NCBI GenBank assembly: GCA_965204735.1 | Contig: OZ242008.1 | Span: 3,392,001-3,456,000, forward strand | Direction of reading: 5' to 3' | Length of the DNA stretch: 64,000 bases | Source: Longimicrobiales bacterium | GTDB taxonomy: Bacteria; Gemmatimonadota; Gemmatimonadetes; Longimicrobiales; Gaopeijiaceae | Part shown: in pieces, positions 55,646 through 64,000 of the stretch | Numbering within the stretch: position 1 is the stretch's first letter | Layout of the letters: each line of letters starts with the position of its first letter | Translations under genes and position numbers: made by a program | Notes under the pieces: model-generated | The model's database searches: none | The model's input: the letters and a program-made list of their open reading frames with translations, nothing else | Told to the model about the DNA's origin: nothing

Positions 55646-58600
55646 GGCCTGCTCGCCGCGCCCGGCTCCTGCACATACACATTCACCTCCGGCTCCACAT
55701 CTCGCAGGGAGCGGTTGACGCGGAACTTGCCGTGATGCTCGGTCTCGAAGTCGCGGTCGAGCATCTCGCGAAGCAACGGCTTCAGCGTCTTCTGGTGCTT
55801 CTCGTGCTTCTGGTACTGGACGCCCACTCCTGCCCCGCGATAGAAGTCGATCACGTGCTGCCACGAGTCGAGCAAGTCCACTATCCGATTGCGAACGCTG
55901 CGCGCAAGCTCGGCGCGCTCTCCGTCGTCCAACACGCCCGGCTGCTGCTCGACGCGATCGAGAAACGCCTGCAAGAGAAGGCGCTCGACATCGCCGCGTT
56001 CGTCGCCCAGCCGCTCCACACCCTTGAACGGCGCGAGCGCGGCGCAGCCATGGCGAGCCAGCGCAACGATCGCCCCCGCGAGCCCGCGGTCAAGGGCCCG
56101 CGAGGCAAACGGCGTCACGCTGGTCGCCTCCACGGAGCGGTAGAACGTTTCGTGATAGCTGCGGAACGTCTCGTAGTGCGACCGGTCGCGGGGTCTGTGC
56201 ACGTTGAGCAACGTCACGACCAAGCCGGGGCGGTCGCTGTCGCGGCCCACGCGACTGGTGGCCTGGATGTACTCGGCGTGCGTCTTGGGTTGGCCCACGA
56301 CGAACATGAGTCCCAAGCGGGGAATGTCGAGCCCTACCGAAATCATGTTGGTTGCGATGGCGTAGTCGACCGAGCCCTTCTCATGCGACCCGCGGCCGAG
56401 CCGTTGACGGGCCTCGGCTACCTTGCCGGTCGGGACACGGGACGTGAGTTCGACCACGTCGCCGACCGTGCGACGACTCCGGAACAGTCCAGCAGGCGCG
56501 GTCCGGGACGCCTTGCCCACCGCAGTCCGGCGCCGGGCGCCGATCCGCTGAAGCGTGTTGCGCACCTCTTCCTCCAGGATGCGCCGGGCGCCGCCCAGTT
56601 CACGCAGGCTGTTGAAGTAGCCAAGCAACGTCATGTAGGGGTCGGCCGGATTGTGCTCATTGCGGTGGCCGCCGGCCTCCCGGTACGCCTTCTCCGCCGC
56701 GCCCATCATGGCCAGCACGACTCGTCTCATCACCAGCTTGGGATTACGGCCCTGGGCGGCGATGCCCAGGTAGAGGCGTGCGGGCGTCTCGGACGCGGGC
56801 GCGGTGCGCGCAAAGAAGGAATCGCCCCGCGTCGGGCCGGGAGGTGGAAAAACCTGCGTGGCCGGGCGGGCGAACAGCGCCTGTATCTGGTCCTGCGCCC
56901 GGCGGACCGTGGCTGTGGACGCCACGATCTTTGGAGCCTCGCCTGCTCTCTTGCACATCGCTTCGATAGCCGTCTCATAGAGGCCCGCCATGGTGCCCAA
57001 GGGACCCGAGATCAGGTGCAGCTCGTCCTGCACAATGAGATCGGGTGGAGGCAGCGGCGCGGGGAGTCGGTGTCCGGCCCCAGGCTCCGAAGCGCCGTAG
57101 AAGCCGCCGGGACCGACGTGGTCCGCGTGGTCCGCGCCTCCCAGCAGCACGCCGCACGCACCCGTCCAAGGCAACGAGGCGAACTTGTCCACGGTCGCCA
57201 CCACGAACGCGGGCAGGCGGCGGTACAGGGGCTCGTCCACGGCGACGATCGGCAGCGAACGGTCGCCGGCGAAGTCGCACGCAAAGTCCGCGCACCCGAT
57301 GCGCAAGTTGCGCGGGTTGTCGTCGTTGGGCTCCAGTTGAAAGGAGTGCTCGTCGAAAGATGTGCCGCACCAAGGACAGTCTTCCAAGGGAATGGGCGAC
57401 GGCTTGTTGCGCGGATCCTGCTTGTAGTGGATCGTGCGCGTGCGAGCCGTGTCGCGGCGTCTGTCGCCCTTGCGGCCCAAAACGTTGGGCGTCGCCGCCT
57501 TGCCGACCCACAGGCCGATCTCGAAGGGCCACTCCCCGTAGCGGGCCGTGTCGCGCTCGCGCTCCAGCTCCAAGGCGCACACGAGTCCTGCGGCTCGCGC
57601 CAGCTGATCGAAGGTCAGCAGGCGCAGCGTGTAGCGCATCACGACGGATACGCCCGCGCCCCGATGCTTGGCCGGTCCCCCGTCGCGCAGCCGCCGCAGC
57701 ACCATTGCGATGGCCGCAAGCCCCAGATACGCCTCCGTCTTGCCTCCGCCGGTGGGGAAGAACAGCAGGTCCACCGTGTTGCGGTCGGCGTGGGCAGGAT
57801 CGGCCAAGCCACGCAGATTCAGCAGGATGAACGCGAGCTGGAAGCTCCTCCAGCGGGGCGACTCGCTTGGCCCTGCGCGGCGCCGAAGCGCGGCGCCCAC
57901 GGCGCGGTTGGCCATGCGAAACGCGTCCAGAACGTCGCTATCTTCGACCAGCGTCAAGATGCCGCGCTCCATGCGGTCGCCCGCTTGTTCGGCCAAGTCC
58001 AGGAGTTGCCGGGCCGTCTCGACGCGCTGGTTGTCCGAAGCCTCCAGCTCCCGGCGACGGGCCGCGATCCAGGCACGGTAGCAGTCTACCAACGGCGACA
58101 GGGCAGCCTTCGCGGCGTCCCCGTCCGTCAGCGCGCCGAGATCGTCCATCGCCAATACGGCGCCGGACACGTCGTCCATCGTCTCGGTCTTCTCGACTTG
58201 GGCACTGGGAATCCACGCCGTGCGGACCCTCCGGCACTCTCCGTCCACGACGTCCCAGTCGGCGGACACGCCATGGCCGGCCGCGTACTCGGGCGAGTCC
58301 GCGTAGTGAAGGTCCGCCACCTGCTCGTCCCAGTCGTCGAGCGACGAGCCCCGAGGGTCCGGCCGGGCCACGAACGGCTCGGCGCAACTCGCTTCGATGC
58401 GGGGCTGAAAGACAAAGGCCGTGTCCCGGTCGCCCTCTGCGTCGTTCTCGACCGCCGCCCTGCGGTTCACCAAGAACACCGAAGCTGCCCGAGTGCCGAC
58501 AGGCATCCTGTTTGCAAGTGTTCCGCTCGCTCCGATCGACCGGCAGACCAGATGGAGCTCAAGTCCCGCCGAGTCCGGCACGCTGGCGACGACCGGCTTC

Positions 58601-59088
58601 GATCCGTTGCCAAGCGACATGGATACAGTCTCTCTGCGAGGGCGTCGTCGCCATACCTGGACGGGCTTGCGCTGCCCTTCGGCACCCGTTGCCTCCCCTT
58701 CGAATACGTCTCGCTCGTAGTCGCCCCAGGTGACAGTGACGTCCAACGAATCGACCCTCGGCGAGACCAGGAAGCTCAGGCCCATCGACGACGGAAAGAA
58801 CGCCTTCTTGGCGGCCCTTCGCTCTTCGCTGGACTCCTCGCCAAGGCCCGCGAGTTCGGGTGTCTCGTCCAGCTCGCCTTCCTCATCCAAGTCCGCCCGA
58901 TGCTCAGGAGGCGCGCCCGAAGGGACCAGGAAGCCGGTCAAGTACCACACGGACGGGCGCTCCCAACCCGGCAGCAGCTCTTCCTCGAAGGCGTGGCCGG
59001 GCCAAGGGCCGACCAAGTCGAGGTGCAGCGAATCCACCAGCTGCTCGCGGACTTCCGCGGATGTGGGCGGGGCCTGGGAGCGGGACAT
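55642..59088 (-). CDS. drmA: DISARM helicase
   Basis: FPTGGGKTEAY, RYTLRLLT, QDELH, ASTAT, ATNMISVGLD, YIQATSRVGR. Confidence 0.92.
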   Translation of the reverse strand: MSRSQAPPTSAEVREQLVDSLHLDLVGPWPGHAFEEELLPGWERPSVWYLTGFLVPSGAPPEHRADLDEEGELDETPELAGLGEESSEERRAAKKAFFPSSMGLSFLVSPRVDSLDVTVTWGDYERDVFEGEATGAEGQRKPVQVWRRRPRRETVSMSLGNGSKPVVASVPDSAGLELHLVCRSIGASGTLANRMPVGTRAASVFLVNRRAAVENDAEGDRDTAFVFQPRIEASCAEPFVARPDPRGSSLDDWDEQVADLHYADSPEYAAGHGVSADWDVVDGECRRVRTAWIPSAQVEKTETMDDVSGAVLAMDDLGALTDGDAAKAALSPLVDCYRAWIAARRRELEASDNQRVETARQLLDLAEQAGDRMERGILTLVEDSDVLDAFRMANRAVGAALRRRAGPSESPRWRSFQLAFILLNLRGLADPAHADRNTVDLLFFPTGGGKTEAYLGLAAIAMVLRRLRDGGPAKHRGAGVSVVMRYTLRLLTFDQLARAAGLVCALELERERDTARYGEWPFEIGLWVGKAATPNVLGRKGDRRRDTARTRTIHYKQDPRNKPSPIPLEDCPWCGTSFDEHSFQLEPNDDNPRNLRIGCADFACDFAGDRSLPIVAVDEPLYRRLPAFVVATVDKFASLPWTGACGVLLGGADHADHVGPGGFYGASEPGAGHRLPAPLPPPDLIVQDELHLISGPLGTMAGLYETAIEAMCKRAGEAPKIVASTATVRRAQDQIQALFARPATQVFPPPGPTRGDSFFARTAPASETPARLYLGIAAQGRNPKLVMRRVVLAMMGAAEKAYREAGGHRNEHNPADPYMTLLGYFNSLRELGGARRILEEEVRNTLQRIGARRRTAVGKASRTAPAGLFRSRRTVGDVVELTSRVPTGKVAEARQRLGRGSHEKGSVDYAIATNMISVGLDIPRLGLMFVVGQPKTHAEYIQATSRVGRDSDRPGLVVTLLNVHRPRDRSHYETFRSYHETFYRSVEATSVTPFASRALDRGLAGAIVALARHGCAALAPFKGVERLGDERGDVERLLLQAFLDRVEQQPGVLDDGERAELARSVRNRIVDLLDSWQHVIDFYRGAGVGVQYQKHEKHQKTLKPLLREMLDRDFETEHHGKFRVNRSLRDVEPEVNVYVQEPGAASRP

Positions 59089-59690
59089 CAGCCGGCCGCC
59101 TTGTGGACGCGGTCGAACTCGGAGGTCAAGTCGCGCCACAGCTTGTCGAAAGACGGTGCGGACCTTGCGGCCGCCATGTCGAAGCTTGCCGTCAACGACA
59201 CTTGATCCTTGGGAGGCCGATACCGCTTGTTCGACTCCGTGCGCGCACTCAGCCAGCCCTTTGCGTCGCGAACTCCTTCTGGATTGCGGGGCGACGAAAT
59301 GCTTGTTGCCAGACCGCACGTTCCCGCCAGCGACTCCGCCGCGGCAAGAAACCAAGCTTCGTATTCGCACTTGGCCAGCACGACCCGTATGTTGCGGTCG
59401 GAACGCGACCGGCGCGCACGTCGCAGCAGCTCGGGTGCAAGATCCGCCGGGCAGTCTCGGTCCGCGTCCAAGAGCACAAGGATCAAGCCGTCGGGTGCAA
59501 TCCGTTGCGCCGCAAGCTCAATCGCATTCTCAAAGTCGGGCGATCGCACCACAGCCTGCCGGTCTCGGCGGATTGTCTCAACACGCAAGTGCAGTCCGGG
59601 CGACGCAACGGCAGCAATCCGTCTCAGCAGTACCGGCACGGCCTCGACCTCTCCTCGGCCCTCGACCACCGCTACGACGTCAAGCTTCAT
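59088..59690 (-). CDS. DUF4276 (TOPRIM-like) protein, copy 2
   Basis: VVEG, LLDAD, EYEAWFL; TGATG overlap with drmA. Confidence 0.85.
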   Translation of the reverse strand: MKLDVVAVVEGRGEVEAVPVLLRRIAAVASPGLHLRVETIRRDRQAVVRSPDFENAIELAAQRIAPDGLILVLLDADRDCPADLAPELLRRARRSRSDRNIRVVLAKCEYEAWFLAAAESLAGTCGLATSISSPRNPEGVRDAKGWLSARTESNKRYRPPKDQVSLTASFDMAAARSAPSFDKLWRDLTSEFDRVHKAAG

Positions 59691-60906
59691 CGGCAACCTG
59701 CCGGCCAAACAGTGCAATGCGGGTCCGACTTGACGACGCAACGGTGGGTTCTGGCCGCAACTGCCGCATTCTCAGCAAGTCGCCGGCGGTGAAGTCCCCT
59801 CGTTCGACAGCGGATCGTCCCACATCGTCCACCCGGCCGATCTGTGCCAGGCCGTCGGTCGCCGTCACCGGCAGAAGCGAGCCGATGGGCGTGTCAGGGT
59901 GATCCAGCATGTCGGAACTGTGCGTCGTGACGACGACCTGCGAATCGTCCGCCCCTTCCCGAAGAATGTCAATGAACATCTCCAGCGCGGCCGGGTGAAG
60001 CGCCGTCTCCGGCTCTTCAATGCCAACGAGCCGACGATGCGCGCCGCCATCTCCGGCGTTCTGAAGCAGCGCCACCAAGACTCCGACCGTGCGCAACGTC
60101 CCGTCGGACATGCTGCTGCCGTCGAACCTGCGATAACGCTTGCCCTCTCGGACTACTTGACGGAACACCAACCGTTCCTCCGACCCCAAGGACCGCTTGT
60201 CCACGGACACGACCCCCGGAACGACGGCCTGCAGATACCAATCGAGTCTTTCCTTGGTCTCCGGCGATCGTTTTGCAAGCGTGGCCAAGACGCTCGCTAC
60301 GTTGCTGCCGTCCGAACGAAGCAGCGAATCCGGGCCAGAGGGTCGCGTCATCCGCATCCGCTCAGGACTCAGCCGGTAGAACTTCATTTGCGACAGTGCC
60401 TCATACACGGATGCGAATTCAAAGACGCTCGCGGCCCGCACCAGATAGAGCATCTTGTCCGACGCAGGCGGTGGATAAGAAAATGTAGCCTTCTGGATGC
60501 GACCTCCCTCGACCGCATAGAAGTGGGAGTCTTCCCCTTTCTCAATCAGACATTCCTCTCGCTTGACCCGATATCCCCCGTCCGTCGCCTGGGCGATGGC
60601 CACGGCGAAGTAGCCCGATCCTTCGGCAACGCTGTAGTCCAGGCGAATCCCGAAGTGTCCCGGTCTGCCGGACGTTCGGCGCACCACGCCTCGAAACCCA
60701 TTGCGGCGACTCAAGGCTTCGTCCAGAGACGGGCTGAGCGACTCGGCAATAAAGCACATGGCGTCGAGAAAGTTGCTCTTGCCCGCGCCGTTGGGGCCCA
60801 CAAGCAGCGCCAGTTGCTGCAGCTCCACATCGCAGGCCGCGATGTTGCGATAGTTCTTGATCTTGACGCGCCTGATCAGCCGGCAGTCTGTGGCGGCCTG
60901 GTTCAA
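59680..60906 (-). CDS. AAA_21/COG4637-like ATPase, copy 2
   Basis: GPNGAGKS, MSDGTLR, IEEPE, TTHS; TTG start after GGAGG. Confidence 0.88.
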   Translation of the reverse strand: MNQAATDCRLIRRVKIKNYRNIAACDVELQQLALLVGPNGAGKSNFLDAMCFIAESLSPSLDEALSRRNGFRGVVRRTSGRPGHFGIRLDYSVAEGSGYFAVAIAQATDGGYRVKREECLIEKGEDSHFYAVEGGRIQKATFSYPPPASDKMLYLVRAASVFEFASVYEALSQMKFYRLSPERMRMTRPSGPDSLLRSDGSNVASVLATLAKRSPETKERLDWYLQAVVPGVVSVDKRSLGSEERLVFRQVVREGKRYRRFDGSSMSDGTLRTVGVLVALLQNAGDGGAHRRLVGIEEPETALHPAALEMFIDILREGADDSQVVVTTHSSDMLDHPDTPIGSLLPVTATDGLAQIGRVDDVGRSAVERGDFTAGDLLRMRQLRPEPTVASSSRTRIALFGRQVADEA

Positions 60907-61030
60907 TTCTCCGTCCTCCAAGTCAACGGTTTGACACCTTGCGGTACCCCGGCGTGCATTCCGGCCCTGAAGGTCGCCAGTCCGCTCAACGGCGGCAAGC
61001 CCCTTCCGTCCCAACTGCGGAACGCAGACA

Positions 61031-61633
61031 CTATTGGCTTCTCCTGCGGAAGCGGCCGAACTCGGCGGTCACGTCACGCCACAGCTTGTCGAACGACGGA
61101 GCGGTCCTTGCAGCAGCCATGTCGAACGCCGCCGTCAGGGACGTCTGGTGCACCGAGGGCCGATACGCCCCTTCGTCTGCCTGATGACGGCTCAGCCATC
61201 CCTTGGCATCCCGAATTCCTTCCGGGTCCGCGGGAGCCGTCATGTCCGTGCGCAGTCCGTGCTTGCCCGCCAGCGATTCAGCCGACGCAAGAAACCACGC
61301 TTCGTACTCAGCTTTGGCCAGGACGACCCGCGTGCGTCGATCGGGCCGGGCCTTCCTGGCGCGCCGAACCAACTGCGGCCCCAGTTCCGCCGGGCAATCG
61401 GTGTCGGCGTCCAGCAGAACCAGGATGAGCCCCGTCCGCCGTACGCGTCGTGCCGCCAAGTCGATAAATTTCTCGAAGTGCGGCTCTTTCACCACCAGCT
61501 GCCTTCCTCGTCGTAGAACGCTGATACTCAGATTGAGACCGGGCGTCGCAGCACCGGCGATTCTGCGCAAGAGCACCGGCACGGCCATCGTCTCACCCTT
61601 TCCTTCCACGACGACCGCGATGTCGAGGGTCAT
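61031..61633 (-). CDS. DUF4276 (TOPRIM-like) protein, copy 1
   Basis: VVEG, LLDAD, EYEAWFL. Confidence 0.85.
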   Translation of the reverse strand: MTLDIAVVVEGKGETMAVPVLLRRIAGAATPGLNLSISVLRRGRQLVVKEPHFEKFIDLAARRVRRTGLILVLLDADTDCPAELGPQLVRRARKARPDRRTRVVLAKAEYEAWFLASAESLAGKHGLRTDMTAPADPEGIRDAKGWLSRHQADEGAYRPSVHQTSLTAAFDMAAARTAPSFDKLWRDVTAEFGRFRRRSQ

Positions 61634-62847
61634 CGCGAAACCGACGCGCCGAACAACGACACTTGCGACGGACGCAAGCGCGACGCCTTTTCGTCCGGCA
61701 GAAGCTGCTCCATCCTCATCAGTTCGCCCGCCGTGAAGTTGCCGTTCTCGATCACCGATCTCCCCGCCTCGTCAATGGGACCGAGGCGTGCGCCGCCTTC
61801 GTCCGACCCGACGGCGACGATGGAGTCCGTCGGGACCTGCTTGTGATCGAGCAAGTCGGCGCTCTGGGTGGTCGCGACCACCTGCGTTCGCTCCGCCCCG
61901 TCCGCCAGCATGTCCCACAGGACCTCGAGCGCACCTGGATGAAGGGCGGTTTCGGGCTCCTCGATGCATATGAGGCCGTGGCGTGAAGCGTTGGCACCTA
62001 AGCCTTGCAGCAGGGCTGCCAGCAGGCCCACGATCCTGAGCGTGCCGTCCGACATGTCTCGCGCAAGGAAGCGCCGGTGTCGAGTCCCTTTGTGCCCCAT
62101 CTTCCTGAACGCGAGCGTGCGCCAGGGTCCCAACGCGAGTTTGTCCACGGTGGCCAAGTCGGGCACCACGGCTTGCAGGTATCGATCCAGTCTTTCCTTA
62201 GTCGTTGGAGATTGGCGCTTGATGGCTTCCAATACGCTTGCAATGTTGCGTCCGTCCGCTCGCAGAGGGCCCTGTTCGGGTTCATGCAGCTCGCGGATGG
62301 TGTCTGGATTGAATCGATACACATACACTTCGGACAACGCCTCGTAGGCGGGACGGAATTCGGGGACAGCCGCCAAGCGCATGAGGTAGAGATCGTTCTT
62401 CGGCACGGGCGGCGGGTGCGTGAAAGTGCATTCCGTTACTTGACCATGTTCGAGTGCGCAGAAGTGAGTTTCAGTCCGGCTGGTCAGCCGACATTCCTCT
62501 CTTCGTATGTCCAGTTTCCCGTTGCGATTCCCGCCCAGGGAAACGGCGTAGTGCCCCGTGGCGACTCCAAGGTTGTAGTCGAGGCGGATCCCGAAGTGTC
62601 TCGTCCGACTCGTCGTCCGTCGCGCTATCTCCCCGGCTCCGCCGCGTCGCTGAAGAGCGTCCACCAGCGACGAACGAAGACAGTCTGCCACCAAGCCGAT
62701 CGCATCCAGAAAGTTGCTCTTTCCCACACCGTTGAGGCCGACCACTAGAGACAGATGGGCCAGCGCCACGTCGCAGGCCGCAATGTTTCGGTAGTTGCGA
62801 ACGCTGACTCGGGTTACCAGGCGGTGATCGGCAGATAAGTCGGTCAT
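61630..62847 (-). CDS. AAA_21/COG4637-like ATPase, copy 1
   Basis: GLNGVGKS, MSDGTLR, IEEPE, TTQS; ATGA overlap with the MTase. Confidence 0.88.
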   Translation of the reverse strand: MTDLSADHRLVTRVSVRNYRNIAACDVALAHLSLVVGLNGVGKSNFLDAIGLVADCLRSSLVDALQRRGGAGEIARRTTSRTRHFGIRLDYNLGVATGHYAVSLGGNRNGKLDIRREECRLTSRTETHFCALEHGQVTECTFTHPPPVPKNDLYLMRLAAVPEFRPAYEALSEVYVYRFNPDTIRELHEPEQGPLRADGRNIASVLEAIKRQSPTTKERLDRYLQAVVPDLATVDKLALGPWRTLAFRKMGHKGTRHRRFLARDMSDGTLRIVGLLAALLQGLGANASRHGLICIEEPETALHPGALEVLWDMLADGAERTQVVATTQSADLLDHKQVPTDSIVAVGSDEGGARLGPIDEAGRSVIENGNFTAGELMRMEQLLPDEKASRLRPSQVSLFGASVSR

Positions 62848-64000
62848 CGGCGGTCTTCCTCGGCAGCGCGCTTGCCGTTGAGTTCGAGAAGGCGGGCGAG
62901 GACTTCGTCGCGCACATCGTCCGGCCAGCGATAGCGGTAGGGCTTTTTCCTGTGACCCCACCCTTCCTCGTCAATCTCGTTGTCGAGCAGGAATTCGCTG
63001 TTGGTCCGAATGCTGTTCCAGCCGTAAGCGTCGAGGATAGCCCTGTCCATGGCGGCGTGAAAGTCGCGGAGCTGAGCGATTGCCGAGTCGTACTCGTTGG
63101 GGTCGTGGAAGCGGTTGTAGGTCTTGGTGAGGCCTTCATCGTTGCGGATCATGAGGTTAGCGCGAAACTGGTAGTATTCCTTGCCGATGGCTTCAAGGGA
63201 CGGTTGGGTCTCCCATTTCTCGGGGAACGGGAAGGTATCGAAGACGTCGGAGGGGGTGTAGCGGAGTCCATCCCCAAGGGTCGAGCCGAAGAAGCGCGCC
63301 CAGACTTCGTGGACGCGTGACTGGAGGGCGCAGAAGGCGGCGTAGGTGTCGAAAGGGAAGACAACAAGTGAGTTGGCGTAGACCATGCGGGTGGGCAGAA
63401 AAGTAAAGGTCGCATGTTGGCCTACGCGAGAAACTGCCACGACCCTCGCTCTGTGCTTGATGCTCGAATACAGCCGATGTGCCTGACGATAGTGTTGCCA
63501 CCAGTACTTGGCTGCTCGCTTTCCGTGTCCGGATTTGCTCTTTTTAGCGGATCGTAACCGTTCTGGCTTGACCTTGCCTTCGACGATAGCTAGAAGTTCC
63601 GGCCAGTCGGCCGCGCAGGGATGCGGATAGTCAATCGGTACGATTCCCGACTTTCTAAGTATACGTTGTTGGTCTGTTGTAGCCTCCGCCCACGACACCG
63701 GAACATCTTTACGCTGTCGGGGATAATCGAAGAAGTGAATGACGTACCGATGATGCTTCTGTCTGGGATGCGAATTGACTTCGGAACCCCCGATATAGGG
63801 ACGAATACAATCTGCACAACCTGGGCTGTCTGTCAACAATCTATTCATGTCGGTAATCGATGTTGCTACGCCCCGCTGGCTTGCATTGTCGTCAAAAGTA
63901 AACCCCATACCAAGTATATTGCTGCCCTGGAAGCTTTGATCCCTATTTGCCGATAGAATCGCTGGGTCATCATGACCGCCTTTGTGAAACAGAAACGCTG
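62844..64000 (-). CDS. drmMI: C-terminal (TRD) part of a type IIG-like adenine MTase, probable DISARM DrmMI (starts beyond the window)
   Basis: LQSRVHEVWA...LRYTPSDVFDTFPFP, LTKTYNRFHDP, VRDEVLARLLELN; position upstream of drmA-drmB. Confidence 0.75.
   Translation of the reverse strand, partial: AFLFHKGGHDDPAILSANRDQSFQGSNILGMGFTFDDNASQRGVATSITDMNRLLTDSPGCADCIRPYIGGSEVNSHPRQKHHRYVIHFFDYPRQRKDVPVSWAEATTDQQRILRKSGIVPIDYPHPCAADWPELLAIVEGKVKPERLRSAKKSKSGHGKRAAKYWWQHYRQAHRLYSSIKHRARVVAVSRVGQHATFTFLPTRMVYANSLVVFPFDTYAAFCALQSRVHEVWARFFGSTLGDGLRYTPSDVFDTFPFPEKWETQPSLEAIGKEYYQFRANLMIRNDEGLTKTYNRFHDPNEYDSAIAQLRDFHAAMDRAILDAYGWNSIRTNSEFLLDNEIDEEGWGHRKKPYRYRWPDDVRDEVLARLLELNGKRAAEEDRR

Noticed and set aside
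1..64000. tRNA, rRNA, integrase, reverse transcriptase or phage structural genes
   Set aside because: None recognised by eye; a covariance-model scan was not possible

Overview
High-GC bacterial DNA. The many secreted beta-propeller lipoproteins, zinc peptidases and TolB-like amidohydrolase suggest Gemmatimonadota, possibly host-associated (inference only). Housekeeping blocks (peptidases, acyl-CoA dehydrogenase/CitE/MaoC genes, Liv-type ABC transporter with acyl-CoA ligases) alternate with at least five defence-like modules: (1) MT-A70 methylase, AlbA/Schlafen protein, dual-OB protein and DUF488; (2) a coupled operon of ABC ATPase, putative nuclease, DEDDh/TerB/BRCT exonuclease and an atypical 6TM ion channel; (3) ATPase(DUF3696-like) plus PIN; (4) a deleted Dam gene plus a type ISP-like R-M enzyme with an internal C13 tract, followed by IS630; (5) a class I DISARM locus with two tandem ATPase+DUF4276(TOPRIM) pairs and no adjacent drmC. 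The DNA also shows structure missed by the ORF track: a ~190-bp leader duplicated before modules 3 and 4, a copy of the MTase 3' end bounding module 1, a ~250-bp condensed copy of the 1.7-kb AraC/ECF-sigma locus, and three palindromic repeats. Family assignments come from motif recognition by eye; no searches were run.
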